From Bacteroidota bacterium (lineage in GTDB: Bacteria > Bacteroidota > Bacteroidia > NS11-12g > UBA955), in the NCBI GenBank assembly GCA_030834125.1, contig JAURFW010000002.1, positions 131,817-195,816 of the forward strand: DNA of 64,000 nt, written 5' to 3'. Shown here one piece after another: positions 47,164 through 57,849 of this stretch. The notes under the pieces are model-generated. The model did no database searches. It was not told where the DNA came from and worked only from the letters and a program-made list of their open reading frames with translations. The first letter of the stretch is position 1; each line of letters starts with the position of its first letter. The translations under genes were made by a program, and so were the position numbers.

Positions 47164-48432
47164 ATGTTGTTGATATCAAGAATTCGCGAAAACCACGAGG
47201 AAATAATCGAAAGACTAAAAACCCGTGGTTTGGATATGAGCGAAATTGTAAATAATATTTTAACCGTTGACGCGAATGCCAGGAGGACTAGAAATGAGAT
47301 GGAATCGGCGCAAGCGGAATCTAATCAGTTGGCTGCTCAAATAGGAAAGTTAATAAAGGAAGGGAAAAAAGATGAAGCGGAGAGTATTAAAAATAGAACA
47401 TCTGAATTAAAAACGAGTGTTAAGGAGTTATCTGAAAAAGTTCAAGGACTAGAAAATCAATTAAAAGAACTGCTTTACACAATTCCGAATACTCCTAATG
47501 TGTCTGTTCCTAGGGGCAAATCAGCAGACGACAATAAAGAAGTTAAAAAAGTAGGTGAGCCTAAGCAGTTAACACAAAAGTTGCCTCATTGGGAATTGGC
47601 TGCTAAGTATGGAATAATAGATTTTGATTTAGGAGTAAAACTTACTGGAGCTGGGTTTCCCGTATACAGAGGTAAAGGGGCAAGATTACAGAGAGCTTTA
47701 ATTCAGTTCTTTTTGGATGAAGGTTATAAGAATGGTTACACCGAGGTTCAACCTCCGTTAATGGTTAATGAAGCTAGTGGTTATGGTACAGGTCAGTTAC
47801 CTGATAAAGAAGGTCAAATGTATCATGTTGGTGTTGAAGATTTATACTTGATACCAACAGCTGAAGTTCCAATTACCAATATGTACCGTGATGTAATATT
47901 AAAAGAAGGAGATTTACCCGTTAAAAATTGCGGCTATACTCCTTGTTTTCGCCGTGAAGCAGGCAGTTATGGTGCACATGTGAGAGGTTTAAATAGACTA
48001 CATCAATTTGATAAAGTTGAAATTGTACAAATAGTAAAACCCGAAGATAGTTATGGAGTATTAGAAGATATGTCTGATTATGTTCAGTCATTACTTGATA
48101 AGTTAGGACTTCATTACAGGGTGTTGTTGTTATGTGGGGGAGATATGGGCTTTACATCTGCAAAAACTTATGATATGGAGGTTTGGAGCCCTGCCCAAGA
48201 AATGTGGTTAGAATGTAGCTCAGTTAGTAATTTTGAGACTTTTCAAACTAATCGTTTGAAGTGTAGATTTAAAAATGAACAAGGTAAAACTGAATTAGCC
48301 CATAGTTTAAATGGTAGTGCATTGGCGTTGCCACGAATAGTTGCGGCTATTTTGGAGACATATCAAACTGAAAATGGCATTGTGGTGCCTGAAGTTTTAC
48401 GTTCATATACTGGATTTGATATTATTGACTAA
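47164..48432 (+). CDS. serS: serine--tRNA ligase
   Basis: N-terminal coiled coil and class II core (motif 2 region FRREAGSYG, motif 3 GSALALPR). The ATG at 47164 (MLLISRIRENHEE) is preferred over the track TTG at 47155. Confidence 0.9.
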   Translation: MLLISRIRENHEEIIERLKTRGLDMSEIVNNILTVDANARRTRNEMESAQAESNQLAAQIGKLIKEGKKDEAESIKNRTSELKTSVKELSEKVQGLENQLKELLYTIPNTPNVSVPRGKSADDNKEVKKVGEPKQLTQKLPHWELAAKYGIIDFDLGVKLTGAGFPVYRGKGARLQRALIQFFLDEGYKNGYTEVQPPLMVNEASGYGTGQLPDKEGQMYHVGVEDLYLIPTAEVPITNMYRDVILKEGDLPVKNCGYTPCFRREAGSYGAHVRGLNRLHQFDKVEIVQIVKPEDSYGVLEDMSDYVQSLLDKLGLHYRVLLLCGGDMGFTSAKTYDMEVWSPAQEMWLECSSVSNFETFQTNRLKCRFKNEQGKTELAHSLNGSALALPRIVAAILETYQTENGIVVPEVLRSYTGFDIID

Positions 48433-48932
48433 TGAGTAGTTTCGACTGGGATAAAGATTATTCTATTGAAGAACTGCTTCAATCGGTAATTGCCATTAAA
48501 GAATTTCCCAATCATTTAGCCAAAGTAATAACTCCATTAAAGGAGGAGGATTTTGAAAAAACATACAGAGATGGTGGATGGAATATCCGCCAAATTATTC
48601 ACCATTTATCCGATTCACATTTAAATGGTTACATGCGAACAAAGCATACTATTTTCCAAGATGCAGAGTCTCATCAAGCGTATGATCAAGACAAGTGGAA
48701 TTCTTTCAAGGATTCTAACTTTCATCATGAAGCAAGTTTTATGATATTATTAGGAATTCACCAACGCTGGAGTTTGTTATTGTTAGAATGTTTGAAAGAG
48801 CCTGAATTGCAATTGGCAAAATCCTTGACTCATTCTGACGGAATTAGAAAGGTTTCACTAGCTCAACTTATTGCCTTATATGCATGGCATGGAGCACACC
48901 ATTTAGAACAAATAAAACAAGCTCTTCATTAA
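48432..48932 (+). CDS. DinB/YfiT-family (DinB_2) putative metal-dependent hydrolase or thiol transferase
   Basis: His triad pattern HHLSDSH...H...HGAHHLEQI in a four-helix-bundle protein of the right size. Confidence 0.7.
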   Translation: MSSFDWDKDYSIEELLQSVIAIKEFPNHLAKVITPLKEEDFEKTYRDGGWNIRQIIHHLSDSHLNGYMRTKHTIFQDAESHQAYDQDKWNSFKDSNFHHEASFMILLGIHQRWSLLLLECLKEPELQLAKSLTHSDGIRKVSLAQLIALYAWHGAHHLEQIKQALH

Positions 48933-49037
48933 AAAATACGTATTTATAGTATTTATTTTAGAAGTATGCTCATTTAAGTACTACACTTTTTTCCCTTATT
49001 TTATTAAAACCCAATATTCAAGACTAATTTTGCACCA

Positions 49038-50411
49038 ATGCAAGTGCACAATAATATTCTGGAAACTATTGGTAATACGCCATTAGTTAGAATAAATAGT
49101 ATTACAAAAGATTTTCCTTGTGACGTTTATGCAAAGGTAGAAACAACAAATCCTGGGAACTCGATAAAAGATAGAATGGCTCTCAAAATGATAGAGGATG
49201 CCGAAAAAAGTGGATTATTAAAACCAGGTGGTACAATTATCGAGGGTACTAGTGGAAATACAGGAATGGGCTTGGCAATTGCAGGTGTAATCAAAGGTTA
49301 TAAGTGTATTTTCACAACTACAGACAAACAAAGTAAGGAAAAGGTTGATGCATTAAAGGCGTTTGGAGCAGAAGTTATAGTTTGTCCGACGGATGTGGAT
49401 CCGGAAGATCCGAGAAGTTATTACTCTGTATCTAGCAGATTGGCAGCAGAAATACCAAATTCTTGGAAACCTAATCAATATGATAATTTGAGTAATTCTC
49501 AAGCACACTACGAACAAACGGGACCGGAAATTTGGGAACAAACAGATGGTCAAATAACCCATTTGGTGGTTGGTGTTGGAACCGGAGGAACAATAAGTGG
49601 CACTGGTAAGTATTTAAAAGAGAAGAACCCTAATATAAAGATTATTGGTATTGATACTTACGGTTCGATTTTTAAAAAATATAAGGAGACAGGGGAGTTT
49701 GATAAAAGTGAAATATATCCATATATAACCGAAGGTATTGGAGAAGATTTTATTCCTCAAAATGTAAATTTTGATGTAATCGATCACTTTGAAAAGGTAA
49801 CTGATAGGGACGCTGCCATTTGGACGAGAGAAATCCCTAGGCAAGAGGGGATATTTGTAGGCAATAGTGCTGGAGCCGCAATTGCAGGTTTGCTCCAGGT
49901 GAAGGATATGTTCAATGAAGGTGATAAAGTAGTTGTAATCTTTCATGATCATGGAACTCGTTATTTAGGAAAAATGTTCAATGAAGATTGGATGCGTGAT
50001 CGTGGATTTATTCCGAAAGCGGCAAATAAAACCGCGCTTGATTTAATTCAAAACCACAAGGAATTACCATTAGTTTCTATAAATTCTGAAGATACATGTC
50101 AACTTGCATTTGATATGATGCAGAAATATGGAATATCCCAAGTGCCTGTAAAAAATAGTAATGGTGAATTTGTAGGTTCTATAGAAGAGGGTAGTTTTTA
50201 TAAAAAGATTATTCAAATACCTGACCTCTTGACTCGTAAAGTTGAAGGAATCATGGGAGAAGCCTACCCAATAGTGGGATTTAATGATTCATTAGAGTCA
50301 ATTACAAAAAAGATTAACGAGAAAAATCAAGCCTGTATTGTTATGGACATGGCTGGAAATTGGCATATTATTACTAGGCAAGATTTGATATTAGCCATGT
50401 CAAATGCATAG
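49038..50411 (+). CDS. cystathionine beta-synthase-type PLP enzyme (CysK-like fold plus C-terminal CBS pair)
   Basis: PLP lysine region NPGNSIKDR, a GTSGNTGMGLA loop, a GTGGTISG motif and two C-terminal CBS domains. Confidence 0.8.
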   Translation: MQVHNNILETIGNTPLVRINSITKDFPCDVYAKVETTNPGNSIKDRMALKMIEDAEKSGLLKPGGTIIEGTSGNTGMGLAIAGVIKGYKCIFTTTDKQSKEKVDALKAFGAEVIVCPTDVDPEDPRSYYSVSSRLAAEIPNSWKPNQYDNLSNSQAHYEQTGPEIWEQTDGQITHLVVGVGTGGTISGTGKYLKEKNPNIKIIGIDTYGSIFKKYKETGEFDKSEIYPYITEGIGEDFIPQNVNFDVIDHFEKVTDRDAAIWTREIPRQEGIFVGNSAGAAIAGLLQVKDMFNEGDKVVVIFHDHGTRYLGKMFNEDWMRDRGFIPKAANKTALDLIQNHKELPLVSINSEDTCQLAFDMMQKYGISQVPVKNSNGEFVGSIEEGSFYKKIIQIPDLLTRKVEGIMGEAYPIVGFNDSLESITKKINEKNQACIVMDMAGNWHIITRQDLILAMSNA

Positions 50412-51219
50412 AATGTTATTTAGTTATTTAAAACGATTAATTAATAAAGAAAGCGTGGCAATAAAAATTAAAACTCCTGAACAAATTGAAGGGATTAGGG
50501 ACAGCAGTAAACTGGCAGCCAAAACATTAAAGTATGTAGAGGATTTTGTAAAGCCGGGAGTTACTACTTTAGAGTTAGACGCGTTGATTGAGAAATTTGT
50601 GCGTGATAATGGCGCAACCCCGGCCACTAAGGGGTACAGAGGGTATAAGCATGCAAGTTGTATTTCACCAAATGAAGTAGTGTGTCACGGGGTTCCTAAT
50701 CAATACGTTCTGAAAGACGGGGATATATTAAATATCGATGTAACAACAATTTTAAATGGTTATTTCGGGGATACATGCAAAATGTATTACGTTGGAACTC
50801 CTTCGGACTATGCTAAAAAACTGGTAGAAACAACAAAAGAGTGTTTGTGCTTGGGAATGGAAGAATGTAAACCTGGAGCCCATTTGGGCGATATTGGAGC
50901 TGCTATTTCAGATCATGCTCATGCTAATGGTTACAGTGTGGTTTATGAGTTTTGCGGACATGGAGTAGGCTTGAAGTTTCATGAAGAACCTGACGTACAA
51001 CATATTGCCAAGCGTGGTACGGGACCAGTTTTAAAACAAGGTATGATATTTACTATTGAACCAATGATTAACGCAGGAAAAGCGCGTTGTAAAATTGATA
51101 GAAGGGATGGTTGGACCGCAAGAACGATTGATGATAAATTAAGTGCTCAGTTTGAGCATACAATATTAATTACTGAAGAAGGATTTGAAGCATTAACCGA
51201 CGTTTACGGAGATTTTTAA
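50404..51219 (+). CDS. map: type I methionine aminopeptidase
   Basis: Metal ligands in DILNIDVT...GDTC, HGVGL(K)FHE and EPM; about 260 aa. Confidence 0.88.
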   Translation: MHRMLFSYLKRLINKESVAIKIKTPEQIEGIRDSSKLAAKTLKYVEDFVKPGVTTLELDALIEKFVRDNGATPATKGYRGYKHASCISPNEVVCHGVPNQYVLKDGDILNIDVTTILNGYFGDTCKMYYVGTPSDYAKKLVETTKECLCLGMEECKPGAHLGDIGAAISDHAHANGYSVVYEFCGHGVGLKFHEEPDVQHIAKRGTGPVLKQGMIFTIEPMINAGKARCKIDRRDGWTARTIDDKLSAQFEHTILITEEGFEALTDVYGDF

Positions 51220-52061
51220 TGAAATTAACCACGATACATACTGGAAACTTTAAATTAGATGGTGGAGCTATGTTTGGAGTTGTTCCCAAAACCTTATGGT
51301 GTAAAATTAATCCCGCAGACGAAAATAACATGTGTAACTGGTCTATGCGTTGTCTTCTAGTAGAGGTTAATGATAGAAAAATTTTAATAGATACTGGGAT
51401 TGGTAATAAACAATCGGAAAAATTCTATTCTCATTATTATTTAAACGGAGAAAATAGTCTTGAAAGTTCTTTAGAGCAAATCGGTATCGGATATAATGAA
51501 ATTACTGATGTACTCTTAACACATCTTCATTTTGATCATTGTGGTGGCGCGGTTATTGAATTGGATAAAAAATTGGTTCCAGCTTTCCCCAATGCTGTTT
51601 ATTACACAACCGAAGCTCATTGGAATCATGCGAATAATCCAAATCCTAGAGAAAAAGCCAGTTTCTTAAAGGAGAATTTTTCTGCACTTAAAGAAAAAGA
51701 TGTTTTAGAATTTGTTAATGAAGGTGATTTTATAGCCGAAACTATTGAAGTGAAAGTATTTAATGGACACACTGTTGGCATGATAGCTCCTTTAATTCAT
51801 TTATCAAATGGAAATAAGTTATTTTATGCTGCAGATTTAATTCCATCTTCAGGGCATCTAAAACCAAATTTTGTAATGTCATATGATATTCAACCTCTTG
51901 TATCTATGGAAGAGAGGGAGCGAATCAATGCTCAAGCTATAGAGGAGGGGTGGTATTATTTTTATGAGCATGACCTTAATGTTGAGGTTTCTAGTATTAT
52001 AAAAAACGAAAGGAATGCCTACACACTAGGGGAGACCTTCCTTCTTTCAGATATAGCTTGA
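51219..52061 (+). CDS. MBL-fold metallo-hydrolase
   Basis: HxHxDH motif THLHFDHCGG. Confidence 0.75.
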   Translation: MKLTTIHTGNFKLDGGAMFGVVPKTLWCKINPADENNMCNWSMRCLLVEVNDRKILIDTGIGNKQSEKFYSHYYLNGENSLESSLEQIGIGYNEITDVLLTHLHFDHCGGAVIELDKKLVPAFPNAVYYTTEAHWNHANNPNPREKASFLKENFSALKEKDVLEFVNEGDFIAETIEVKVFNGHTVGMIAPLIHLSNGNKLFYAADLIPSSGHLKPNFVMSYDIQPLVSMEERERINAQAIEEGWYYFYEHDLNVEVSSIIKNERNAYTLGETFLLSDIA

Positions 52062-54890
52062 TTATTTATTAAACCAATCTTCAGGGACAAAATCTTTTCC
52101 AGTAACTCCTTCGTAAATGAGTTTAATTGATTCTATTGCCTGAATTTGTTCACTTTGATTTTTACTTTGGATTCTCGTTGCAGGACCCCAAAGTCTTAAG
52201 TTATTTTCATCGCCTTTGCTCTGATAGTACCTAGCGCCAGAATAATAAGTTTTATCATATAGGGGGTTTATCGTTATTGCGCGATGTAGATTTTTTATTC
52301 CTTCGGTGCCTTTACCCTGAGCAAATTGAGCATCCGCTAACATCGTCCAACCCTGTAAATCTTGTGGACGGGATTGAGTAAATGTAATCATAGATTTTTC
52401 GGCTAGATCAAATTTTTGTTGATTCATTGCAACTTGATAAAGGGTAAACAGTGCAGGACTGTATTCAGGATAGAATTTTAGTGCCCTATTTGAATAGTAA
52501 ATCGCAGAATCCATAAATGCAGGATTTTGATTCGACTTATAGGTATAAGCGGTAGCTAATTGTTGGCAAATCTCGTTATTACTAGTATCCAGTTTAATAT
52601 ACTCTTTAAGTAAGCCAATTGCCTTATCTGGGTTTTGCTCCTTATTTAATGCTTGGATACCTTGGTAATCTATGTTTGAAATATTTTTTATAACGCATCC
52701 CATGGGCTTACCTTCTAACACGGGAGTAAAAACAGTTCCTACTGGCGGATAATATCCACCCGTTAGTCTTGCCTTATCCATATAAGCATTGTAGAATATT
52801 GAATAATCCCATTTTTGTTCTGAACGTTGATCGTACCTAACAAACCCAATGTTTACATTAGGATATTTTCTCATAAAATATTTTACTTGTGATAAGGCAT
52901 AAGTGTTTATTTGATATTCTTTTTCTGGATGTTTCGCTATTTCTGTTTCTATGAGAAACTCGCAACTTGGCTTTATACTTGCTAAGTAATAATCCATTTC
53001 ATAGTCACCGTAGGCACCTTCAACTCCTCCAATTATTTCATTGAAGTATATGTAACTAAAATTGGGATTACTATTTACGAATTTTGCTGGCAATAGCATT
53101 AATAAAGCAGGTAATATTATTCCGAATATTGGCTTTTTAGAAAGGTATTTACTCTGAATTTTGTAATACCCCATAATTCCTGCTACAACAAAAGGCGCAA
53201 CAGTAAAAAGAATATGTCTCATTCCGCCATAAACTCCAGACTTATTGATCCAGATATAAAAAACGGGAAATATTGCTGCAAAAATTATGAGAAACTCCTC
53301 CATTGTTATTTTACGATTGATACTTATAATAAATAGGTTTAATCCAATTCCAATAAGTGTAACTAAAGGTAAAGTAATCCAAAGATATTTGGTCAAGTAA
53401 TAACCAGGTAAGTTGTTTGAATCATACAATACTCCTTCAAAAAGTTGCCTCAAGCTAACTTGGTAATGTGTAAAAGCATCTAATGCTTTTTTAGGGTTTT
53501 CTATGGGTGCATCCCAACCATATGGCCAAAAGAAGATTCCTAAGATATAAGCGCCTATGGAAATTCCAATTATTGAAGTTAGATATGGTTTTAGTCCTTT
53601 TAAATTGAATTTTAGTACATTTGACCAACCTTGATTTTCAATAAATTTTAAACCCATGTAAAGGCCGACTATCGCTATTGATAAAAGTCCACCAATTCGA
53701 ATACTTATCCCTAAGGCAATTCCAAAAACGAGTCCAAATAAAGTAGACCATTTTATCCTTGGAAAGTGCTGGTAAAACTTGATGGCATAGTATAAACTCA
53801 TTATATATCCCAAGGCAAAGGGTACATCTTTAGGGTTATTTAGAGATTCTCCAAAAAGCCGTGGAGTAAATAAAAGGATAAACATGCTAATAGATGCCCA
53901 CACCCATGAACCTTTAGTTAGTCTTCTGATTGTTAAAGCCCCGTAAAAGAAAATCAGAAACCCGAACACGGCATTCCACCAATGTCTGAACTGAATAAAA
54001 TCTTCTATATCCATTAAGTGAACCAATGCCGCAGTAAAAGCGTCGAAACTTGACCCATAAAGATGCATGTACATATAAGGATCTTCGAGTTTAACAATAT
54101 CTTTTCCAACCTGTGGATACGCTTTAGCCAGTGTATACATTTTTTCTGCCTTTAATTCATTCGTATCCAACGGTAGGTCTATTCCAATTCTATCGAGTTG
54201 ATAACTGGCTATGCACTTACCGTAATAGTACTGGACAAAATCATCACCAGAAATTCCCGCTCTCTTACTAGAATTTGTAATGTAAAAAAATGAAAACAAT
54301 GCGGACAAGATGAAAGCACCTAATGCCCAGTTTTTTGTTTTCCAAAAACTGTAATAATTGAAAGAAATTGAAAGTTTATTCTTCCAGATCTGTAAAATGC
54401 CTTCATTGTATTCTTTGCTATTATTAGAAATATACTTTTCGATCAAACAAGATTTCTCTGCTCGATAAATGAACTCTGATAGGGTAGAGCAATTGACTTT
54501 GTTAATTGCCGAAAGTGCTTTTCCTGATAATACAACAGAATTGGAAAGATAATGGCTACCAAAATCAGAAGAAATAATTTCTCTTAATTTGCTCGATTTT
54601 TTTGCTTCCCCTAGAATTATATATTGATCATTTCGATTATAATCAATTGAACTTTGGCCTAGCAGACTAATTAAATTGCTCTTGAATGAAGATGAACTAT
54701 TTGTTATAATGTACCAGGAATTTAAATCTATGTATTTATCTTCTATTTCCGATAAATTATAAGTAAGCCAATTTATGTCAATTCCATTTATACTTTCCGA
54801 TTTTGATGATTCAGATTTGTCAATTGTTATTATGTTAAAAGACTTAATATTAACCGCTGTTACGGGTTGCTGTTTTTCCTTTTTAGACAT
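52062..54890 (-). CDS. large membrane protein: a polytopic GT-C/PMT-like (DUF2723-like) core with a C-terminal TPR repeat domain
   Basis: 942 aa. The central 400 aa are very hydrophobic with roughly 10-12 transmembrane helices. The C-terminal 250 aa have a TPR-like periodicity (…AYTYKSNQNPAFMDSAIYYSNRALKFYPEY…). Confidence 0.55.
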   Translation of the reverse strand: MSKKEKQQPVTAVNIKSFNIITIDKSESSKSESINGIDINWLTYNLSEIEDKYIDLNSWYIITNSSSSFKSNLISLLGQSSIDYNRNDQYIILGEAKKSSKLREIISSDFGSHYLSNSVVLSGKALSAINKVNCSTLSEFIYRAEKSCLIEKYISNNSKEYNEGILQIWKNKLSISFNYYSFWKTKNWALGAFILSALFSFFYITNSSKRAGISGDDFVQYYYGKCIASYQLDRIGIDLPLDTNELKAEKMYTLAKAYPQVGKDIVKLEDPYMYMHLYGSSFDAFTAALVHLMDIEDFIQFRHWWNAVFGFLIFFYGALTIRRLTKGSWVWASISMFILLFTPRLFGESLNNPKDVPFALGYIMSLYYAIKFYQHFPRIKWSTLFGLVFGIALGISIRIGGLLSIAIVGLYMGLKFIENQGWSNVLKFNLKGLKPYLTSIIGISIGAYILGIFFWPYGWDAPIENPKKALDAFTHYQVSLRQLFEGVLYDSNNLPGYYLTKYLWITLPLVTLIGIGLNLFIISINRKITMEEFLIIFAAIFPVFYIWINKSGVYGGMRHILFTVAPFVVAGIMGYYKIQSKYLSKKPIFGIILPALLMLLPAKFVNSNPNFSYIYFNEIIGGVEGAYGDYEMDYYLASIKPSCEFLIETEIAKHPEKEYQINTYALSQVKYFMRKYPNVNIGFVRYDQRSEQKWDYSIFYNAYMDKARLTGGYYPPVGTVFTPVLEGKPMGCVIKNISNIDYQGIQALNKEQNPDKAIGLLKEYIKLDTSNNEICQQLATAYTYKSNQNPAFMDSAIYYSNRALKFYPEYSPALFTLYQVAMNQQKFDLAEKSMITFTQSRPQDLQGWTMLADAQFAQGKGTEGIKNLHRAITINPLYDKTYYSGARYYQSKGDENNLRLWGPATRIQSKNQSEQIQAIESIKLIYEGVTGKDFVPEDWFNK

Positions 54891-54968
54891 GATTACGCAA
54901 ACTTAAAGAAAAGCATTTGAATAAATTTAAAATATACATTTTGAGTAAATTAGGAAAAATTATAATTA

Positions 54969-57131
54969 GTGGTTATTTTTGCCGCCCATAAAGGAGGAAC
55001 CTTTACATTGACAAAAGAATCAACTGAATTAAAAAACGAGGAAAACCAAGCAGTTCAAGAGAATGCAGAAGTTTCAAAAGTAGTCCCAAAGTCAAACACA
55101 TCACATGACGATTTTGATTGGGATGCCGACGACGCAGGATTTGAAAGTTATTCAAAAGACGAAAAAGCGAAGTTAGAGCAGCAGTACACTAACACATTTA
55201 ACCCAGTAATTGAAAAAGAAGTAGTTAAAGGTGTTGTAGTGGCAATTAATGACAGCGATGTTGTAGTTAACATCGGTTTCAAAAGTGACGGATTAGTGCC
55301 AAGACAAGAATTTAGAGACATGCCTGAATTAAAAGTAGGGGATGATGTAGAAGTTTTTGTTGATATAGCAGAAGATCGTTTAGGACAATTAATACTTAGC
55401 CGAAGAAAGGCATTACAGGAAACAGCCTGGGAGAAAATTGTTGAAGCACATGAAAACGATACTGTAGTTACTGGTTTAGTTCGTTCTAGAACAAAAGGTG
55501 GATTAGTTGTTGATGTATTTAGCATTGATACATTTTTACCAGGTTCTCAAATTGACACAAAACCTGTTCGTGATTACGATCAATATGTTGGTAAAACTAT
55601 GGACTTTAAGATCGTTAAAATTAACGATGTATACAAGAATGTTGTAGTTTCACACAAGGCGTTGATTGAAGATGATATTGAAGCTCAGAAATCTGAGATT
55701 CTTTCTCGCTTAGAAAAGGGTCAAGTACTTGAAGGTGTAGTTAAGAATATGACTAGCTTTGGAGTATTTGTAGACCTTGGTGGAATTGACGGATTACTCC
55801 ATATTACTGATATATCTTGGGGACGAATCAACCATCCTGAGGAGGTATTGAAATTAGACGATAAAGTGAATGTAGTTATCTTAGACTATGATGATACTAA
55901 GAAACGTATTTCCCTTGGTCTAAAGCAATTATCAGCCCATCCATGGGATGATTTAGATACATCAATTGCAGAAGGTTCGAAAGTTCAAGGTAAAGTGGTA
56001 AGTGTTGCAGATTATGGCGCGTTTATTGAAATTAAGCCAGGCGTAGAAGGGTTAGTACACGTTTCCGAGATGAGTTGGAGTTCACATTTGAGAAATCCAT
56101 CTGAATATTTAACTGTTGGTGAGGATATTGAAGCTTTGGTTTTGGCCTTAGATCGTGATGAACACAAGATGAGCTTAGGTATCAAACAACTTACTGCAGA
56201 TCCTTGGGTTGAAATTACTGGAAAATACCCTGTAGGTAGCAAACATTCTGGAATTGTGAAGAATTTAACTTCTTACGGATTGTTCCTTGAGCTTGAGGAA
56301 GGCATTGATGGGTTAGTTCACGTTTCTGATTTAAGTTGGAATAAGAAAATTAAACATCCTTCAGAGTTTGTTAAAAGAGGAGAGAAACTAGATGTTATTG
56401 TACTTGAGGTAGACGCGGAAAATCGTCGTTTAAGTCTTGGACATAAACAACTTGAGGAAAATCCTTGGGATACTTTTGAGACAATATTCACTATCGGTTC
56501 TCGTCACGAAGGGACTATTACTTCTGTAAACGATAAAGGGGCTACTGTTCAAATGCAATATGGTGTTGAAGCATTTGCTCCTAATCGCCACACCAAGAAA
56601 GAAGGTAATACTCCAATGAAAGAAGACGAAGTTTACGAATTTGAAGTGATCGAGTTTAGTAAAGATTCAAAGAGAATTATCATCTCACATACCAACCTAT
56701 GGAAAACTACTGAAAAGTCTAATAAAGACGGTGGAAAGTCATCAAGAAAAGGTTCTTCCAAAGCGGTTAAGAAATTGAACCAGTCTGCTGAAAGAACTAC
56801 CCTTGGTGAATTAGATGCATTTACAGAATTAAGAGCTCAATTTGAGAAGGCTGAAAAAGTTCCTGCAAAGGAGAAAAAGGCTGAAAAGAAAGAATCTCCT
56901 AAGAAAAAAGAAACGCCAGTTGCTAGTTCAGCAGAATCTGCAGGTATTGCGGAATTAAAAGATCTGAAAGGTGTTGGTCCTGCAATGGTTAAGAGAATGG
57001 CTGAGTTGGGAGTTAATTCTGTTGTAGATTTAACTAATGTAACTGATGAGTCTGCAGCTTCTATGGCAGAGAAAGATTCTAAAATATCTGCTGAGCAGTG
57101 GATGAAGTGGGTTGCAGAAGCAAAAGGTTAA
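54969..57131 (+). CDS. rpsA: 30S ribosomal protein S1 with a Lys-rich/HhH-like C-terminal extension
   Basis: Six S1 repeats (for example GVVVAINDSDVVVNIGFKSDG, GVVKNMTSFGVFVDLGG). The track start is the GTG at 54969. An alternative TTG at 55008 is preceded by an SD-like AAAGGAGGA at 54989-54997. Confidence 0.88.
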   Translation: MVIFAAHKGGTFTLTKESTELKNEENQAVQENAEVSKVVPKSNTSHDDFDWDADDAGFESYSKDEKAKLEQQYTNTFNPVIEKEVVKGVVVAINDSDVVVNIGFKSDGLVPRQEFRDMPELKVGDDVEVFVDIAEDRLGQLILSRRKALQETAWEKIVEAHENDTVVTGLVRSRTKGGLVVDVFSIDTFLPGSQIDTKPVRDYDQYVGKTMDFKIVKINDVYKNVVVSHKALIEDDIEAQKSEILSRLEKGQVLEGVVKNMTSFGVFVDLGGIDGLLHITDISWGRINHPEEVLKLDDKVNVVILDYDDTKKRISLGLKQLSAHPWDDLDTSIAEGSKVQGKVVSVADYGAFIEIKPGVEGLVHVSEMSWSSHLRNPSEYLTVGEDIEALVLALDRDEHKMSLGIKQLTADPWVEITGKYPVGSKHSGIVKNLTSYGLFLELEEGIDGLVHVSDLSWNKKIKHPSEFVKRGEKLDVIVLEVDAENRRLSLGHKQLEENPWDTFETIFTIGSRHEGTITSVNDKGATVQMQYGVEAFAPNRHTKKEGNTPMKEDEVYEFEVIEFSKDSKRIIISHTNLWKTTEKSNKDGGKSSRKGSSKAVKKLNQSAERTTLGELDAFTELRAQFEKAEKVPAKEKKAEKKESPKKKETPVASSAESAGIAELKDLKGVGPAMVKRMAELGVNSVVDLTNVTDESAASMAEKDSKISAEQWMKWVAEAKG

Positions 57132-57152
57132 TAAAAACTGATTCTATACAAT

Positions 57153-57182
57153 AAAAAGCACCGCTAATACGGTGCTTTTTTC
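57153..57182 (+). terminator. Rho-independent terminator after rpsA
   Basis: An A-run, the hairpin GCACCG-ctaata-CGGTGC, then a T6 run. Confidence 0.8.
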
Positions 57183-57201
57183 GTTTATTTGCGCTTTTAT
57201 T

Positions 57202-57849
57202 ATGGATAAGATCGAGCTCCAATTATCTGCTGCCTTTTTATTGAGTCTTTTACATGGTCTTATTCCTAGTCATTGGTTGCCTATAGTCGCATTAGCTAAA
57301 TCTGAAAAATGGAGTACAAAGAAATTACTTGTATACTCTGTGATTGCCTCGATAGCTCATGTAGTAGGAACATTAATAATTGGCTTGATGTTGTTTAGTA
57401 TTACTAAAGCAAGTATTTCGAATCATAATTCAACTACAGAATTGGATCAGGCGGAATGGATTAATAATTTGCAGTTTGAAAAGATAAGTAGTATAATCCT
57501 TTTATTACTTGGAATATGGTTTTTGTATCGTCATTATAAACACTATCATTTTCATATACATCCCAAGAAAAACGCCAAATGGGTTTTTGGAGCGATTGTA
57601 TTTGCAATGCTCATATCACCTTGTTTGGAAATAGTAGGATACTATATTACTATCGCCCCATTAGGATGGAATGCTTTTTCCAGTTTATCATTGATCTATT
57701 CCATAACGACAGTTTCAAGTGTCGTTTTAGGAGTTTATATTTTCAATAAAGGAATTTCTAGAATTCAATCACACAAGGCCGAACATAATGCGGGTATTGT
57801 TAGTAGTCTTTTAATGATAATTTCGGCAATATTTATGTGGTTTGGCTAA
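57202..57849 (+). CDS. small membrane protein with a His-rich loop, possibly a NicO/RcnA- or HupE-like metal transporter
   Basis: Six predicted transmembrane helices, an LLHGLIPSH motif in TM1 and an HYKHYHFHIH loop. The start was moved to the ATG at 57202 because the track start overlaps the rpsA terminator. Confidence 0.45.
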   Translation: MDKIELQLSAAFLLSLLHGLIPSHWLPIVALAKSEKWSTKKLLVYSVIASIAHVVGTLIIGLMLFSITKASISNHNSTTELDQAEWINNLQFEKISSIILLLLGIWFLYRHYKHYHFHIHPKKNAKWVFGAIVFAMLISPCLEIVGYYITIAPLGWNAFSSLSLIYSITTVSSVVLGVYIFNKGISRIQSHKAEHNAGIVSSLLMIISAIFMWFG

